In this document: positions 1-15,039 of the stretch, piece after piece
Layout of the letters: each line of letters opens with the position of its first letter
Numbering within the stretch: position 1 is the stretch's first letter
Assembly (NCBI GenBank): GCA_012518455.1
Contig: JAAYSA010000030.1
Location: 1 to 39,591, forward strand
Source: Erysipelotrichaceae bacterium
Lineage (GTDB): Bacteria; Bacillota_I; Bacilli_A; RFN20; CAG-826
Reading direction: 5' to 3'
DNA length: 39,591 nt
Program-made: the position numbers and the translations under genes
Notes under the pieces: model-generated
Seen by the model: the letters and a program-made list of their open reading frames with translations, nothing else
Database searches by the model: none
Told to the model about the DNA's origin: nothing

Positions 1-3137
<3,137 letters not shown>

Positions 3138-3166
3138 TTGTATAATCAAATAATGAGGTCTAAATT

Positions 3167-3463
3167 ATGGATAATATTACAAAAGAACAAATAAAAAAAA
3201 TAGCAAACAGCATGTATCTTTCTTTAACTGATCAAGAAATTGATGCTCTTTTTGTGGAATTCCCCTCTTTTTTGCATAAAATTGAACTTTTAAATGATGT
3301 TGATGGTATTGATGAATGTGATGAAATGGTTTTTCCCTTTGAAGGACAATTAGGGGATCTTCATGAAGACAAAGAAGGTGAACCTTTAACTAAAAAAGAA
3401 GTACTTGAACTTGCTTCAAAAACAAAAGCAGATCAAATTTCACTTCCAAAGGTGGTGAAATAA
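3167..3463 (+). CDS. gatC: Asp/Glu-tRNA amidotransferase subunit C
   Basis: 98 aa, directly before gatA/gatB, ITKEQIKKIA N-terminus and PKVV C-terminus. Confidence 0.85.
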   Translation: MDNITKEQIKKIANSMYLSLTDQEIDALFVEFPSFLHKIELLNDVDGIDECDEMVFPFEGQLGDLHEDKEGEPLTKKEVLELASKTKADQISLPKVVK

Positions 3464-4896
3464 TGAAATACGAACAATTGACAATTATTGAACTCCATAA
3501 TCTATATGTCTCCAAAAAAACAACTCCATTAAAAGTAGTTGAATATCTTATAGAATTAATTAAAAATGACGAACATAATTTCATGGAAGCAAATATGTTT
3601 GAAGATGCTATAAAGTTTGCAAAGAATATAGGTGAAGTTGAAAAAGATAATTTATTATGGGGCGTTCCATTTTTAATTAAAGATAATATAGCAACAAAAG
3701 GTGTAATAACAAGTGCAAGTAGTAAGATTCTTTCTAATTATGTTTCACCTTTTGATGCAACGATGATAAAGAAGTTAAGAGTCCTAAAAGCAATTCCGTT
3801 AGGAAAAACGACAATGGATGAATTTGCAATGGGTGGGAAAGGCACAACCTCCCATAACGGATTTACATATAACCCCCTAGATAAGACTAAAACAAAAATA
3901 ATGGGAGGATCTAGTTCGGGAAGTGCTGCAGCTGTAACTGCTCCCGTTGTTCCATTTGCATTAGCAAGCGATACTGGTGATTCAATTAGAAAACCAGCAA
4001 GTTATGGAGGTATAGTTGGTTTTAAACCTTCATGGGGACGTATATCTAGATATGGTTTATTTTCTTTTGCTCCTTCAATGGATCATGCTGGTTATTTCAC
4101 CAGGTCTGTAATTGATGCGGCAGTGTTATTAGAAGCCCTAGCAGGTCATGATGAAAACGATCCGACAAGTTCAAAAAATAATGTTGAAGAATATACAAAA
4201 AACCTTACAAATTCCAATCCAAAATATCAAATTGCAGTTATAAAAGGAATAATTGATAATGTTTTAGATGAAAATTTGAAGACTTTATTTAATAAATCCA
4301 TCAAAGAGTTAAAAGCGTTAGGGCATGAGGTTGAAGTTGTTGATATGCCTTTAACCTTACTTAGAGCAATATTTCCAACTTATTTTGTTATAAGTTGTGC
4401 TGAAGCTTCAAGTAATACCGCTTGTTTTGATGGAGTTAACTTTGGTCTTCGTTTAAAAGGCGACACATATGAAGAAATTGTAGCGAGGACACGTAGTGAA
4501 TTATTTTCATTACAAATAAAGAAAAGAATTATTTTCGGTGCATATGCTTTAGCAAAAGAAAATAAAAATGAGGCTTATTTAAGAGCCCAGCGTTCTAGAA
4601 GAAAGATTGTTAAATATATAAATAATCTTTTTATAAAATATCATTTTATATATTTGCCAGCTGCACCATCAGTCGCACCAGCATTTAATGAACAAAATGA
4701 TGACGATAATTTTGCTATTGCAGATAATCATCTAGCAATAGCTAATTTTGGTGGTTATCCCTCTATTACTATTCCACTTGGTGAAATAATGGGTCTTCCC
4801 CTAGGAGTTAATTTTACTGGTAGGCCATTTGAGGAAAAAAGTTTATTTAATATTGCTTATCAACTAGAGCAAATAACAAAAAGGAAAGGAGTGTAG
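3463..4896 (+). CDS. gatA: Asp/Glu-tRNA amidotransferase subunit A
   Basis: Amidase signature IKDNI, GKTTMDEFAMG, GGSSSGSAAAV, SDTGDSIRKPA. Confidence 0.97.
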   Translation: MKYEQLTIIELHNLYVSKKTTPLKVVEYLIELIKNDEHNFMEANMFEDAIKFAKNIGEVEKDNLLWGVPFLIKDNIATKGVITSASSKILSNYVSPFDATMIKKLRVLKAIPLGKTTMDEFAMGGKGTTSHNGFTYNPLDKTKTKIMGGSSSGSAAAVTAPVVPFALASDTGDSIRKPASYGGIVGFKPSWGRISRYGLFSFAPSMDHAGYFTRSVIDAAVLLEALAGHDENDPTSSKNNVEEYTKNLTNSNPKYQIAVIKGIIDNVLDENLKTLFNKSIKELKALGHEVEVVDMPLTLLRAIFPTYFVISCAEASSNTACFDGVNFGLRLKGDTYEEIVARTRSELFSLQIKKRIIFGAYALAKENKNEAYLRAQRSRRKIVKYINNLFIKYHFIYLPAAPSVAPAFNEQNDDDNFAIADNHLAIANFGGYPSITIPLGEIMGLPLGVNFTGRPFEEKSLFNIAYQLEQITKRKGV

Positions 4897-4899
4897 TCT

Positions 4900-6330
4900 A
4901 TGAATTTTGAAGCAGTAATTGGATTAGAAATCCATGTTGAATTAAAAACTAAAACTAAAATGTTTTCTAGAGCACCAATAGATTTTAAAGCTGAACCAAA
5001 TACTTTAGTTACTCCAATCGACTTAGCACTTCCTGGGACATTACCACTTGTAAATAAAAAAGCAGTTATTTTTGCCATTCGCGTTTCTAATGCTCTTCAC
5101 ATGAAAATAGATCATTTAATTAGATTTGATCGAAAAAATTATTTCTATAGTGATTTACCTAAAGGTTATCAAATAACTCAAGATCGTTATCCGATTGGTA
5201 GTGAAGGATATATTGATTTAGAAGTCGAAGACAAAATTAAAAGAGTTAGAATTCAACGATTGCACTTAGAAGAAGATACTGCAAAACAACTTCATATTGG
5301 TAATGAAACACTAATTGATTATAATCGTGCAGGAATTCCGCTTATTGAAATTGTTACGTATCCTGATATACGTTCTGGCAAAGAAGCGTCTTCCTATATA
5401 GAAAAGATTCGCCAAATTGTTACGTTTAGTGATGTTAGTGATGGCAAAATGGAAGAAGGTTCATTACGATGTGATGTTAATATTTCGTTGCGACCATATG
5501 GCGCAACTACTTTTGGTGAGAAAGTAGAAATTAAAAACCTTAACTCAATAAGTAATGTTGAAAAAGCTATTAATCTTGAGATTAAAAGACAAGAAAAAAT
5601 TCTTTTAAAAGGTGAAAAAGTAATTGCGGAAACAAGAAGATATGATGATAGTATTAAAGATACTGTTTCAATGCGATCGAAAGATGAAACTATAGATTAT
5701 AAATATTTTCCAGAAACAAATATATTACCTATTAAACTTAGTGATGCTTTCGTAAATGAAGCAATTGCAACTTGCCCTGAATTAGCAGATAAAAAGAAAA
5801 AAAGATATATTGAAGAATATTCATTATCTGATTATGATGCAGACATTTTGCTTTTAGATAAATATAATGCTGCCTATTTTGATGAAGCGGTCAAATTTAC
5901 TTCTTTTTATAAGACCTTAAGTAACTGGGTTACAGTAGAAATTGCAACATATCTAAATAGTGAACAAATATGTATTAGTGATTTCCCAATTGAGCCAAAA
6001 CGCATTGCTCTTTTAGTTAATTTAATTGAAAGCGGTGATGTTAGCAACAAGCAAGCTAGAGATATTTTTACTATTATGTTAAATAGTACTGACGAACCAT
6101 TAAACATTGCAAAAACGCATAATTTAATGCAAATTAGTGATGAAAATTTAATTTTGGAAACCATCAGAATCGTTCTAAAAGAAAACAAAGGCGCCATTGA
6201 AGATTATCGCGCCGGTAAAGATAGAGCATTTGGTTTTTTAATTGGAAAGATTATGGGTAAATCCCGCGGGAAATTTAATCCTACTTTAACAAGCAAACTT
6301 CTTAAGCAAGAAATAGACAAAAACGAATAA
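4900..6330 (+). CDS. gatB: Asp/Glu-tRNA amidotransferase subunit B
   Basis: IGLEIHVEL, FDRKNYFYSDLPKGYQITQ, GSLRCDVNIS, YqeY-like tail. Confidence 0.98.
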   Translation: MNFEAVIGLEIHVELKTKTKMFSRAPIDFKAEPNTLVTPIDLALPGTLPLVNKKAVIFAIRVSNALHMKIDHLIRFDRKNYFYSDLPKGYQITQDRYPIGSEGYIDLEVEDKIKRVRIQRLHLEEDTAKQLHIGNETLIDYNRAGIPLIEIVTYPDIRSGKEASSYIEKIRQIVTFSDVSDGKMEEGSLRCDVNISLRPYGATTFGEKVEIKNLNSISNVEKAINLEIKRQEKILLKGEKVIAETRRYDDSIKDTVSMRSKDETIDYKYFPETNILPIKLSDAFVNEAIATCPELADKKKKRYIEEYSLSDYDADILLLDKYNAAYFDEAVKFTSFYKTLSNWVTVEIATYLNSEQICISDFPIEPKRIALLVNLIESGDVSNKQARDIFTIMLNSTDEPLNIAKTHNLMQISDENLILETIRIVLKENKGAIEDYRAGKDRAFGFLIGKIMGKSRGKFNPTLTSKLLKQEIDKNE

Positions 6331-6331
6331 C

Positions 6332-7723
6332 TTAAATATTATAACCTAAGTAATATAGTGCTGCTGATAGGTGTTTTTCTAGTGTAGATTCACTAATATA
6401 TTCTATGGTGTCATTAAGGGTATGATAGTATGTAGTGTCATAGTGACATATTGTAAATGAATTTATAGTATACATTGATAGCGCATAATGGTCTGAAACC
6501 TCTTGATTTGGTCCAAAAGAATAGGCTGAAATATCAAATTTTTCAAAAATTTGAGTTAGTCTATTTTTTGTTGCGTTCGTATACAAACCAAAAATTTCTA
6601 AATTACTAGCATTATCGGCAATAGATCCAATCATATCTAAATTTAAAACTAATTTTAAGTTTTGACTTAATGGTAATGCGGGGTCACTGGGGTAAAAGTT
6701 ACTTCCAAGTAGACCAGCCTCTTCGCTGTTATATGCTGCAAAAACGATGTTAATTTTTAATTCATCACGAACTTCTGATAAAATTTTAGCTAATTGAAGC
6801 ATGCCTGCAGTGCCACTTGCATTATCAAGAGCGCCCGGAAAATATTGATGATCTTTTTCTCCATATCGCCCAAGGTGATCTAAATGAGCTGAAATTACTA
6901 TATGTCCATCATTAACTGCTTTACCACCACGCAAAATACCAATGACATTATTCATTGTTCTTCCTGAGATATCGTAATTCCAATTGATGCGAATTTTCTT
7001 TTGTTCGTTCAAGTAATCCAATTCAATGTTTTCCATCATTCTAGTAGAAATATATATTTTGAAACCGTTTGTCATATCGGTATTGAAATAATTACCACTA
7101 CCATATTCCACAAATGGAAAATAATCATTTGATATAGGAATTAAATATTTGTAATTATCATAGAATGAAGGAATTGAGTTCCTTGGTGCAATTAATATTG
7201 TGTTTTCATCTGCTTCCTCTACATTAAAAGTGTAATTAAGATCATATTCAGCACTTTCTGGAACCTCAAAGGGAATTAACTTCCAATCAAAACTGTATTC
7301 ATATTCTGTTTTTTCTAATGTTGATTCATTGTAAGTATATAATGTTGGATACGACATTGGGATTTTCGTGCATTTTTGATAAAACGGTTGAAAATAAGTG
7401 TCGTCTTTATATGGCTCTAAACCAAGCATTTCAAAACGGTTAGCTACAAATTGAGTTGCCAATTCATTACCTTCAGTACCAGGATTGCGACCACCTAGCT
7501 CACTAGATGCTAAATATTCAATATCATTTTTAACTTCAGTAGCATTAATAGAATCAACTAAATTTAATCTAGGCTCATTAGTTGATTCACTTGTAGTATC
7601 ACTAATAGTTTCAGAGGTACCACTACTAGAATCAGAAATAGAGGAAGATGGGTTAACATGTTTGCTACATCCAGAAGTGATAAGAAGAAGTAATATAAGT
7701 AAGAATTTGTTTTGGGTTTTCAT
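6332..7723 (-). CDS. M28 family zinc peptidase, predicted lipoprotein
   Basis: Signal peptide with lipobox-like ITSG-C19, Ser/Thr linker; M28 metal motifs SAHLDH, GALDNASG, NSEEAG, LNLDMIG, SDH, YHTLND. Confidence 0.88.
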   Translation of the reverse strand: MKTQNKFLLILLLLITSGCSKHVNPSSSISDSSSGTSETISDTTSESTNEPRLNLVDSINATEVKNDIEYLASSELGGRNPGTEGNELATQFVANRFEMLGLEPYKDDTYFQPFYQKCTKIPMSYPTLYTYNESTLEKTEYEYSFDWKLIPFEVPESAEYDLNYTFNVEEADENTILIAPRNSIPSFYDNYKYLIPISNDYFPFVEYGSGNYFNTDMTNGFKIYISTRMMENIELDYLNEQKKIRINWNYDISGRTMNNVIGILRGGKAVNDGHIVISAHLDHLGRYGEKDHQYFPGALDNASGTAGMLQLAKILSEVRDELKINIVFAAYNSEEAGLLGSNFYPSDPALPLSQNLKLVLNLDMIGSIADNASNLEIFGLYTNATKNRLTQIFEKFDISAYSFGPNQEVSDHYALSMYTINSFTICHYDTTYYHTLNDTIEYISESTLEKHLSAALYYLGYNI

Positions 7724-7770
7724 ATAGTTAATCTCTTTTCTCTATATATAATATTACAAAAGAAGAAAAT

Positions 7771-7800
7771 TATATAGTAAAAGCAACGCTTTACTATATA
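7771..7800. repeat. 13-bp inverted repeat (one bulged A) between the divergent peptidase and queT genes
   Basis: TATATAGTAAAAGC-AAC-GCTTTACTATATA. Confidence 0.7.
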
Positions 7801-7807
7801 CTTAACT

Positions 7808-7835
7808 TTGATTTATCTTTATCTTATATTAAAAT
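7808..7835 (+). promoter_or_regulatory. Possible sigma-A promoter for the que cluster
   Basis: TTGATT-N16-TAAAAT; the AT-rich context makes this weak. Confidence 0.35.
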
Positions 7836-7861
7836 ATGAATACATAATTTGAATTAAAGGA

Positions 7862-9503
<1,642 letters not shown>

Positions 9504-9504
<1 letters not shown>

Positions 9505-10532
9505 TGGATATTGAAGTTTTTAATTATAATCTTCCTATGGAGCTAATTGCACAGTATCCTTCAAAAAAACGAGATCATTCACGTATGCTTGTTTTAAACA
9601 AAACAAAAAACACGATTGAGGATCATTATTTCTATAATATTCTTGATTTCCTTCGTCCTGGTGATGTTTTAGTAAGAAATAATTCGCGTGTTATTCCTGC
9701 TAGACTTTTTGGATTAAAAGAAGGAACTGGAGCAAAAGTAGAAGTACTCCTTTTACATTTGGTTGATAAAGACACATACGAATGTTTAGTAGGCAACGCT
9801 AAAGTTATAAAAAAAGGAACTGTAGTTAATTTTTCATCTGAACTTAAAGCTACATGTGTTGAAGTAAAGGATGAAGGTCTTAGGCATTTAAAGTTTTCAT
9901 ATGAAGGTATTTTTATAGAAGTTTTAGAAAGAGTTGGATTAACTCCCCTTCCCCCATACATCAAAGATGATAAAGATAAATATTCTCACTATCAAACTGT
10001 ATATGCAAAAGTAAATGGCAGTGCTGCAGCACCAACAGCAGGCTTCCATTTTACTAACGAGTTAATAGAGAAAATTAAAGAAAAGAAGGTTGAAATACTT
10101 GATATAACGCTTCATGTTGGATTAGGTACTTTTAGACCAGTTTCAGTAAAGAAAACGGAAGATCATATTATGCATGAAGAGTATTATATGATTGATGAAA
10201 TAACAGCAAACAAACTTAATGAAGCTAAGAAGAAAAACCGTCGAATTATTGCTGTTGGAACTACTACTGTTCGTGTATTAGAATCTAGTTTTGCAAAATT
10301 CGGCCGCTTTTTGCAGGAAAATAGTTCAACAAAACTTTTTATTACACCAGGATATAAGTTTAAAGCCATTGATGCACTAATTACTAATTTTCATCTGCCT
10401 AAATCGACATTATTGATGCTCGTTAGTGCTTTTAGTGGACTTGATTTTACAATGGAGGCATATAAGCACGCAATTGAAGAGAAATACCGTTTCTTTTCTT
10501 TTGGTGATGCGATGTTTATTTATGAAGATTAA
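9504..10532 (+). CDS. queA: SAM:tRNA ribosyltransferase-isomerase
   Basis: ELIAQYP, PLPPYI, YQTVYA, AAPTAG, LHVGLGTF, TNFHLPKSTL, YRFFSFGD. Confidence 0.98.
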
Positions 10533-11145
10533 TTATGATTTAGTTGCACAAAAAGAAATGGAACGTTTAAAACAAGAAGGAAAACGCCCTACTTTAGCTT
10601 TACATGTTTGTTGTGCTCCATGCTCTTCATATAGTTTGCTTATGTTAACAAATACTTTTGATGTAACTGTTATTTATACAAATAGCAATATATATCCGCA
10701 AGATGAATTTAATAAAAGAGCAAAAGAAGCAGAAAGGTTTATTGAATTATTTAACAAAGAACATAATCAAAATGTAAATTTTATTCTTGCGCCCTATGAA
10801 CATGATGCATTTATGGAAGAACTTAAGCCATATAAGGATGAAATAGAAGGCGGAGCTCGTTGCGTGCTTTGCTATAAAAAAAGATTAATAGAGGCATTTG
10901 AATTTGCTAAAGTTCATAACATAGAATATGTAACTACTACACTAACGATTTCTCCTCATAAAAACAGTGAAATAATTAATAAAATAGGTGAAACATTAGA
11001 AAAACAATACTATCCCATTCGTTATTTTTATTCTGACTTTAAGAAACGAAACGGTAATCTTATCGCAAAAAGATTTAAAGAAAAGTATAATCTCTATCAA
11101 CAAAACTACTGTGGTTGTGAGTATTCAATAAGAGACGAAAAGTAA
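10522..11145 (+). CDS. queH: Epoxyqueuosine reductase QueH (start reassigned to ATG 10522, overlapping the queA end)
   Basis: LHVCCAPCS, NSNIYP, RCVLCY, QNYCGC motifs; position in the que cluster. Confidence 0.93.
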   Translation: MKINYDLVAQKEMERLKQEGKRPTLALHVCCAPCSSYSLLMLTNTFDVTVIYTNSNIYPQDEFNKRAKEAERFIELFNKEHNQNVNFILAPYEHDAFMEELKPYKDEIEGGARCVLCYKKRLIEAFEFAKVHNIEYVTTTLTISPHKNSEIINKIGETLEKQYYPIRYFYSDFKKRNGNLIAKRFKEKYNLYQQNYCGCEYSIRDEK

Positions 11146-11295
11146 TCATTTTTCACGATTTTGTGACAAAAAATTATGCCAAGCAGCCATTTTTTTGTTT
11201 ATTAAATAAGGAAGTTTTTGCCAATATTTTTAATGAAAAAAAACGATGTTAAAAAGGGAACCTATTAATAAATATTAATTTATGTAAATATTTGC

Positions 11296-11325
11296 TTGAC
11301 ATTACACACGCGAAAGGGGTATTCT
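11296..11325 (+). promoter_or_regulatory. Sigma-A promoter of the S10 operon
   Basis: TTGACA-N18-TATTCT just upstream of the structured leader. Confidence 0.7.
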
Positions 11326-11339
11326 ATTCAAGGTTGTCG

Positions 11340-11417
11340 CCTGTGATGAAATGCGAGGTTACCGATACACCTACAACCGTTGTCATGAAGTGTCACGGAG
11401 AATTCGCATCGAGCAGG
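11340..11417 (+). ncRNA. Structured rpsJ (S10) leader RNA, Firmicutes type
   Basis: Nested pairings CCTG/CAGG, ATGCGA/TCGCAT, CCG/CGG, ACAC/GTGT with a TGATGA internal loop; resembles Firmicutes rpsJ leaders (from memory, not an Rfam search). Confidence 0.7.
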
Positions 11418-11451
11418 AAATAACTAAAGTAGAAACAAAGGAGGAAAATTC

Positions 11452-11757
11452 ATGGCAAAAAAAATCAGGGTACGCTTACAATCCTATGATCACGCTCTGC
11501 TTGATGATGCAGTTAGCAAGATTGTAAAAAGCACAATTGAAAGTGGTGCCAAAGTAATTGGCCCAATTCCGCTACCAACGGAAAAACAAGTGTACACCGT
11601 CTTAAGAGCAGTTCATAAGGACAAAGACGCTCGTGAACAATTCGAAATTCGGACACATAAAAGACTTATCGATATCGAAAATCCAACCAAGAAGACTGTC
11701 GAAGTTCTTCGCAAATTCGAACTTCCAGCAGGTGTGGACATCGATATCAAATTATAG
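11452..11757 (+). CDS. rpsJ: 30S ribosomal protein S10
   Basis: [22 protein letters not shown]. Confidence 0.99.
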   Translation: MAKKIRVRLQSYDHALLDDAVSKIVKSTIESGAKVIGPIPLPTEKQVYTVLRAVHKDKDAREQFEIRTHKRLIDIENPTKKTVEVLRKFELPAGVDIDIKL

Positions 11758-11766
11758 GAGGGACTT

Positions 11767-12447
11767 ATGAAAGCAGTAATTGGACGCAAAATGGGTATGA
11801 CCCAAGTATTCGCCGAAGATGGCACTCAATATGCTGTCACTGTCGTTGAAGTCTTACCTAATGTAGTCACCCAAATTAAAACTGAGGAAACTGATGGATA
11901 TAACGCAATCCAAGTTGGCTACCAAGATAAAAAAGTTAGCCCACATAACCTCACCAAACCACTTAAAGGACATTTTGAAAAAGCAAAAGTTAGTCCAAAA
12001 CAAGTGATTAAAGAATTACCTTACGAAAATGTTGCTGACTTTACACTCGGCCAAGAAATCACAATTGACATCTTCGAAGATGGCGATGTAGTAGATGTAA
12101 TAGGCGTAAGTAAAGGCAAAGGATTCACCGGTGCAGTTAAGCGCTGGAATCAAGCACTTGGCCCAGCCGCTCACGGCTCAGGTTATCACCGCGGTCAAGG
12201 TTCAATGGCAAGAGGAGGTATTATCCCTCGCATCTTACCAGGCAAAAGAATGGCAGGACATCATGGCGATAAACAAGCAACTGTCCAAAACCTACAAATC
12301 GTAAAGGTTATCAAGGAAAAGAATGCTCTTCTTATTAAAGGAGCAATTCCAGGACCTAAATACTCAATCATCACCGTACGCTCTGCGATTAAGCAACAAC
12401 TAAAAAAACGTGAAGTTAAACCATTACTTAATCGCACTGCCGAATAA
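11767..12447 (+). CDS. rplC: 50S ribosomal protein L3
   Basis: GRKMGMTQVF, SKGKGFTG, KGAIPG. Confidence 0.99.
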   Translation: MKAVIGRKMGMTQVFAEDGTQYAVTVVEVLPNVVTQIKTEETDGYNAIQVGYQDKKVSPHNLTKPLKGHFEKAKVSPKQVIKELPYENVADFTLGQEITIDIFEDGDVVDVIGVSKGKGFTGAVKRWNQALGPAAHGSGYHRGQGSMARGGIIPRILPGKRMAGHHGDKQATVQNLQIVKVIKEKNALLIKGAIPGPKYSIITVRSAIKQQLKKREVKPLLNRTAE

Positions 12448-12470
12448 TTAACAAAAGGAGGTAAGTGAAT

Positions 12471-13115
12471 ATGAGTGAAACAAAACCCAAAACAATCACC
12501 TATCCTGTTGTTAATCAAGAAGGTGATAAAGTCTCTACAATTCGTCTAAATAGCGAAGTCTTCGGGGTAGAAGTACACGAAGATGCTATGCACCGCGCAG
12601 TGAATGTATATTTAGCAAATCGTAGACAAGCAACAGCAAAAACAAAAACACGAAGCGAAGTCCGTGGCGGTGGTAAAAAACCATGGCGTCAAAAAGGAAC
12701 AGGCCGTGCAAGAGCAGGTAGTAGAAGAAGCCCAATCTGGGTCGGCGGTGGAACTATCTTTGGTCCGACCGGCAACCAAAACTACCGTCTTAATATGAAT
12801 AAGAAGGAACATACACTAGCTCTAAAAAGTGCCCTCTCGCTTATCGTAAAAGAAAAACGACTTATCGTAGTTGATGAAGAAATGGAAATCGAACCAAAAA
12901 CACGCCTCGCGGTTCAATTACTTAAAAACCTTGGGGCAGTAGGCAAAGTTATGATCGTTGTTGAAGACAATGTAAATCTATTACGTGCTGTTGGTAATCT
13001 CCAAAATGTTATCGCAGTAGAAGTTCATGACGTTTCTGTTTATGATCTACTAAATACTGACTTCATCATCTTCGAAAAAGCAACTCTAAAAGCATTTGAA
13101 GGAGGTCTAGTCTAA
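12471..13115 (+). CDS. rplD: 50S ribosomal protein L4 (ATG 12471 best placed to SD GGAGGT)
   Basis: KTRSEVRGGGKKPWRQKGTGRARAG. Confidence 0.98.
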   Translation: MSETKPKTITYPVVNQEGDKVSTIRLNSEVFGVEVHEDAMHRAVNVYLANRRQATAKTKTRSEVRGGGKKPWRQKGTGRARAGSRRSPIWVGGGTIFGPTGNQNYRLNMNKKEHTLALKSALSLIVKEKRLIVVDEEMEIEPKTRLAVQLLKNLGAVGKVMIVVEDNVNLLRAVGNLQNVIAVEVHDVSVYDLLNTDFIIFEKATLKAFEGGLV

Positions 13116-13456
13116 TGGCAAGAAAGAAAAGAACTGCAAGAACAAGAGAAAAAAGCCGTGTCGCGACTGTTGAACAATTTGATTTAATTATTCGCCCAGT
13201 CATTACTGAAAAAACAATGCTCTTAATGCAAGATTTAAATAAAGTCACGGTTGAAGTCCCACGCTCTGCAAATAAAACTGCAATTAAAGACGCCTTCGAA
13301 GCTGTCTTTGGAGTCGAAGTTGTCGATGTAAGAACTTCAATAGTTAATTCAAAACCAAAAAGACGCGGTGGTCGCTATGACGGCCGCACAAATATCGTGA
13401 AGAAAGCAATTGTTACCGTAAAAGACGGCGAAGCAATTGATTTATTCAAAGAATAA
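13115..13456 (+). CDS. rplW: 50S ribosomal protein L23 with short basic N-terminal extension
   Basis: RPVITEK, ANKTAIK, KKAIVT. Confidence 0.97.
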   Translation: MARKKRTARTREKSRVATVEQFDLIIRPVITEKTMLLMQDLNKVTVEVPRSANKTAIKDAFEAVFGVEVVDVRTSIVNSKPKRRGGRYDGRTNIVKKAIVTVKDGEAIDLFKE

Positions 13457-13474
13457 GGGAAGGAGATATAGATT

Positions 13475-14317
13475 ATGGCAATTAGAACATATAAACCAAC
13501 TACACCATCCCGCCGAAATATGACCAATGTTAAGTTTGATAAGCTTAGCAATAAAAAGCCTGAAAGAAACCTACTTGTTTCATTAAAGAAATCAGGCGGG
13601 CGCAATAATCAAGGCAAAATTACAACTCGTCACATCGGTGGCGGACACAAAAGACAATATCGCTTAGTAGACTTCAAAAGAAACAAAGACGATATCGTTG
13701 GAAAAGTAAGTGCTCTTGAATACGATCCAAATCGTAACGCAAATATCGCCCTTATTACTTATGTAGATGGCGAAAAGCGCTACATCTTAGCACCACAAAA
13801 ACTAAACGTTGGTGATCAAGTAATCTCAGGGGAAAATGTTGACATTAAAGTTGGTAACGCACTTCCTCTAGATAACATTCCTGTAGGTACCTTAATTCAT
13901 AATATTGAACTAAGACCTGGTAAAGGTGGCCAAATGTGCCGTGCAGCAGGAACAAGCGCTCAACTTCTAGCAAAAGAAGGAAAATATGTAACTCTTCGTC
14001 TTCAAAGCGGTGAAGTTCGTAAAGTCCTAGGAACTTGTAGAGCTACAATCGGCGAAGTAGGAAACGAAGACTACAATCTCATCAACTTAGGTAAAGCCGG
14101 AAAATCACGCTGGTTAGGCAAACGTCCAACCGTTCGAGGCTCGGTTATGAACCCAGTTGATCACCCACACGGTGGGGGTGAAGGTAAATCACCAATTGGA
14201 CATGATGCACCAAGAACACCATGGGGAAAACGCGCTCTTGGCGTAAAAACAAGAAACAAAAACAAACAATCGACGAAATTAATCGTTCGTCGGAGAAAAA
14301 ATAAGACAAGGAGGTAA
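13475..14317 (+). CDS. rplB: 50S ribosomal protein L2
   Basis: [28 protein letters not shown]. Confidence 0.99.
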   Translation: MAIRTYKPTTPSRRNMTNVKFDKLSNKKPERNLLVSLKKSGGRNNQGKITTRHIGGGHKRQYRLVDFKRNKDDIVGKVSALEYDPNRNANIALITYVDGEKRYILAPQKLNVGDQVISGENVDIKVGNALPLDNIPVGTLIHNIELRPGKGGQMCRAAGTSAQLLAKEGKYVTLRLQSGEVRKVLGTCRATIGEVGNEDYNLINLGKAGKSRWLGKRPTVRGSVMNPVDHPHGGGEGKSPIGHDAPRTPWGKRALGVKTRNKNKQSTKLIVRRRKNKTRR

Positions 14318-14323
14318 CAAATT

Positions 14324-14620
14324 ATGGCACGTAGTATTAAAAAGGGTCCGTTTGCAGACGAACACTTACTTAAGAAAGTTGATGCTCTTAACAAAGCAAA
14401 TAAAAAAGAGATCATTAAGACATGGTCTCGTCGTTCCACAATTTTCCCCTCTTTTGTTGGACATACCTTCGCAGTCTATAACGGTAAAGAACATATTACT
14501 GTCTATGTAACCGAAGATATGGTCGGACACAAGTTAGGTGAATTTAGTCCGACACGATTATATAAAGGACATGCTGGCCACACTGCAGCAGATAAAGCTG
14601 CAAAGGCTAAGAAAGGATAA
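14324..14620 (+). CDS. rpsS: 30S ribosomal protein S19
   Basis: [25 protein letters not shown]. Confidence 0.99.
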   Translation: MARSIKKGPFADEHLLKKVDALNKANKKEIIKTWSRRSTIFPSFVGHTFAVYNGKEHITVYVTEDMVGHKLGEFSPTRLYKGHAGHTAADKAAKAKKG

Positions 14621-14625
14621 GGACT

Positions 14626-15033
14626 ATGGCAAGAATTAGTAAGAAAAAAACTGCTACTCCAAAAGAAGAAGTAGTTAAAAAAGAAAAACCAAAAGTTACT
14701 GAAGCTCGGGCCATCAGTCGTACCGTCCGTGTTACTCCAAGAAAAGCTCGTCTAGTTGCAAACCTAGTTCGAGGCAAAGATGTAAAAGACGCAGTCGGTA
14801 TCCTCTATAACGTAAATAAAGCTGCTAGCACCCCAATAAGAAAAACAATTCAAAGTGCAGCAGCCAATGCCGTTAATAACCATGAGCTAAACGAAGATAC
14901 TCTCTACATTAGCGACATTCAAATTAATGATTCAATCAAAATGAAACGCTATCGCCCCCGTGCAAAAGGTATGGCAGGTGGCATCATCAAACGGACGAGC
15001 ACCATCGTCGTGAAAGTAAAAGAAAGGGAATAG
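14626..15033 (+). CDS. rplV: 50S ribosomal protein L22 with about 24-aa N-terminal extension
   Basis: TPRKARLVA, SAAANA, RPRAKG..KRTS. Confidence 0.98.
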   Translation: MARISKKKTATPKEEVVKKEKPKVTEARAISRTVRVTPRKARLVANLVRGKDVKDAVGILYNVNKAASTPIRKTIQSAAANAVNNHELNEDTLYISDIQINDSIKMKRYRPRAKGMAGGIIKRTSTIVVKVKERE

Positions 15034-15039
15034 TAAGAT

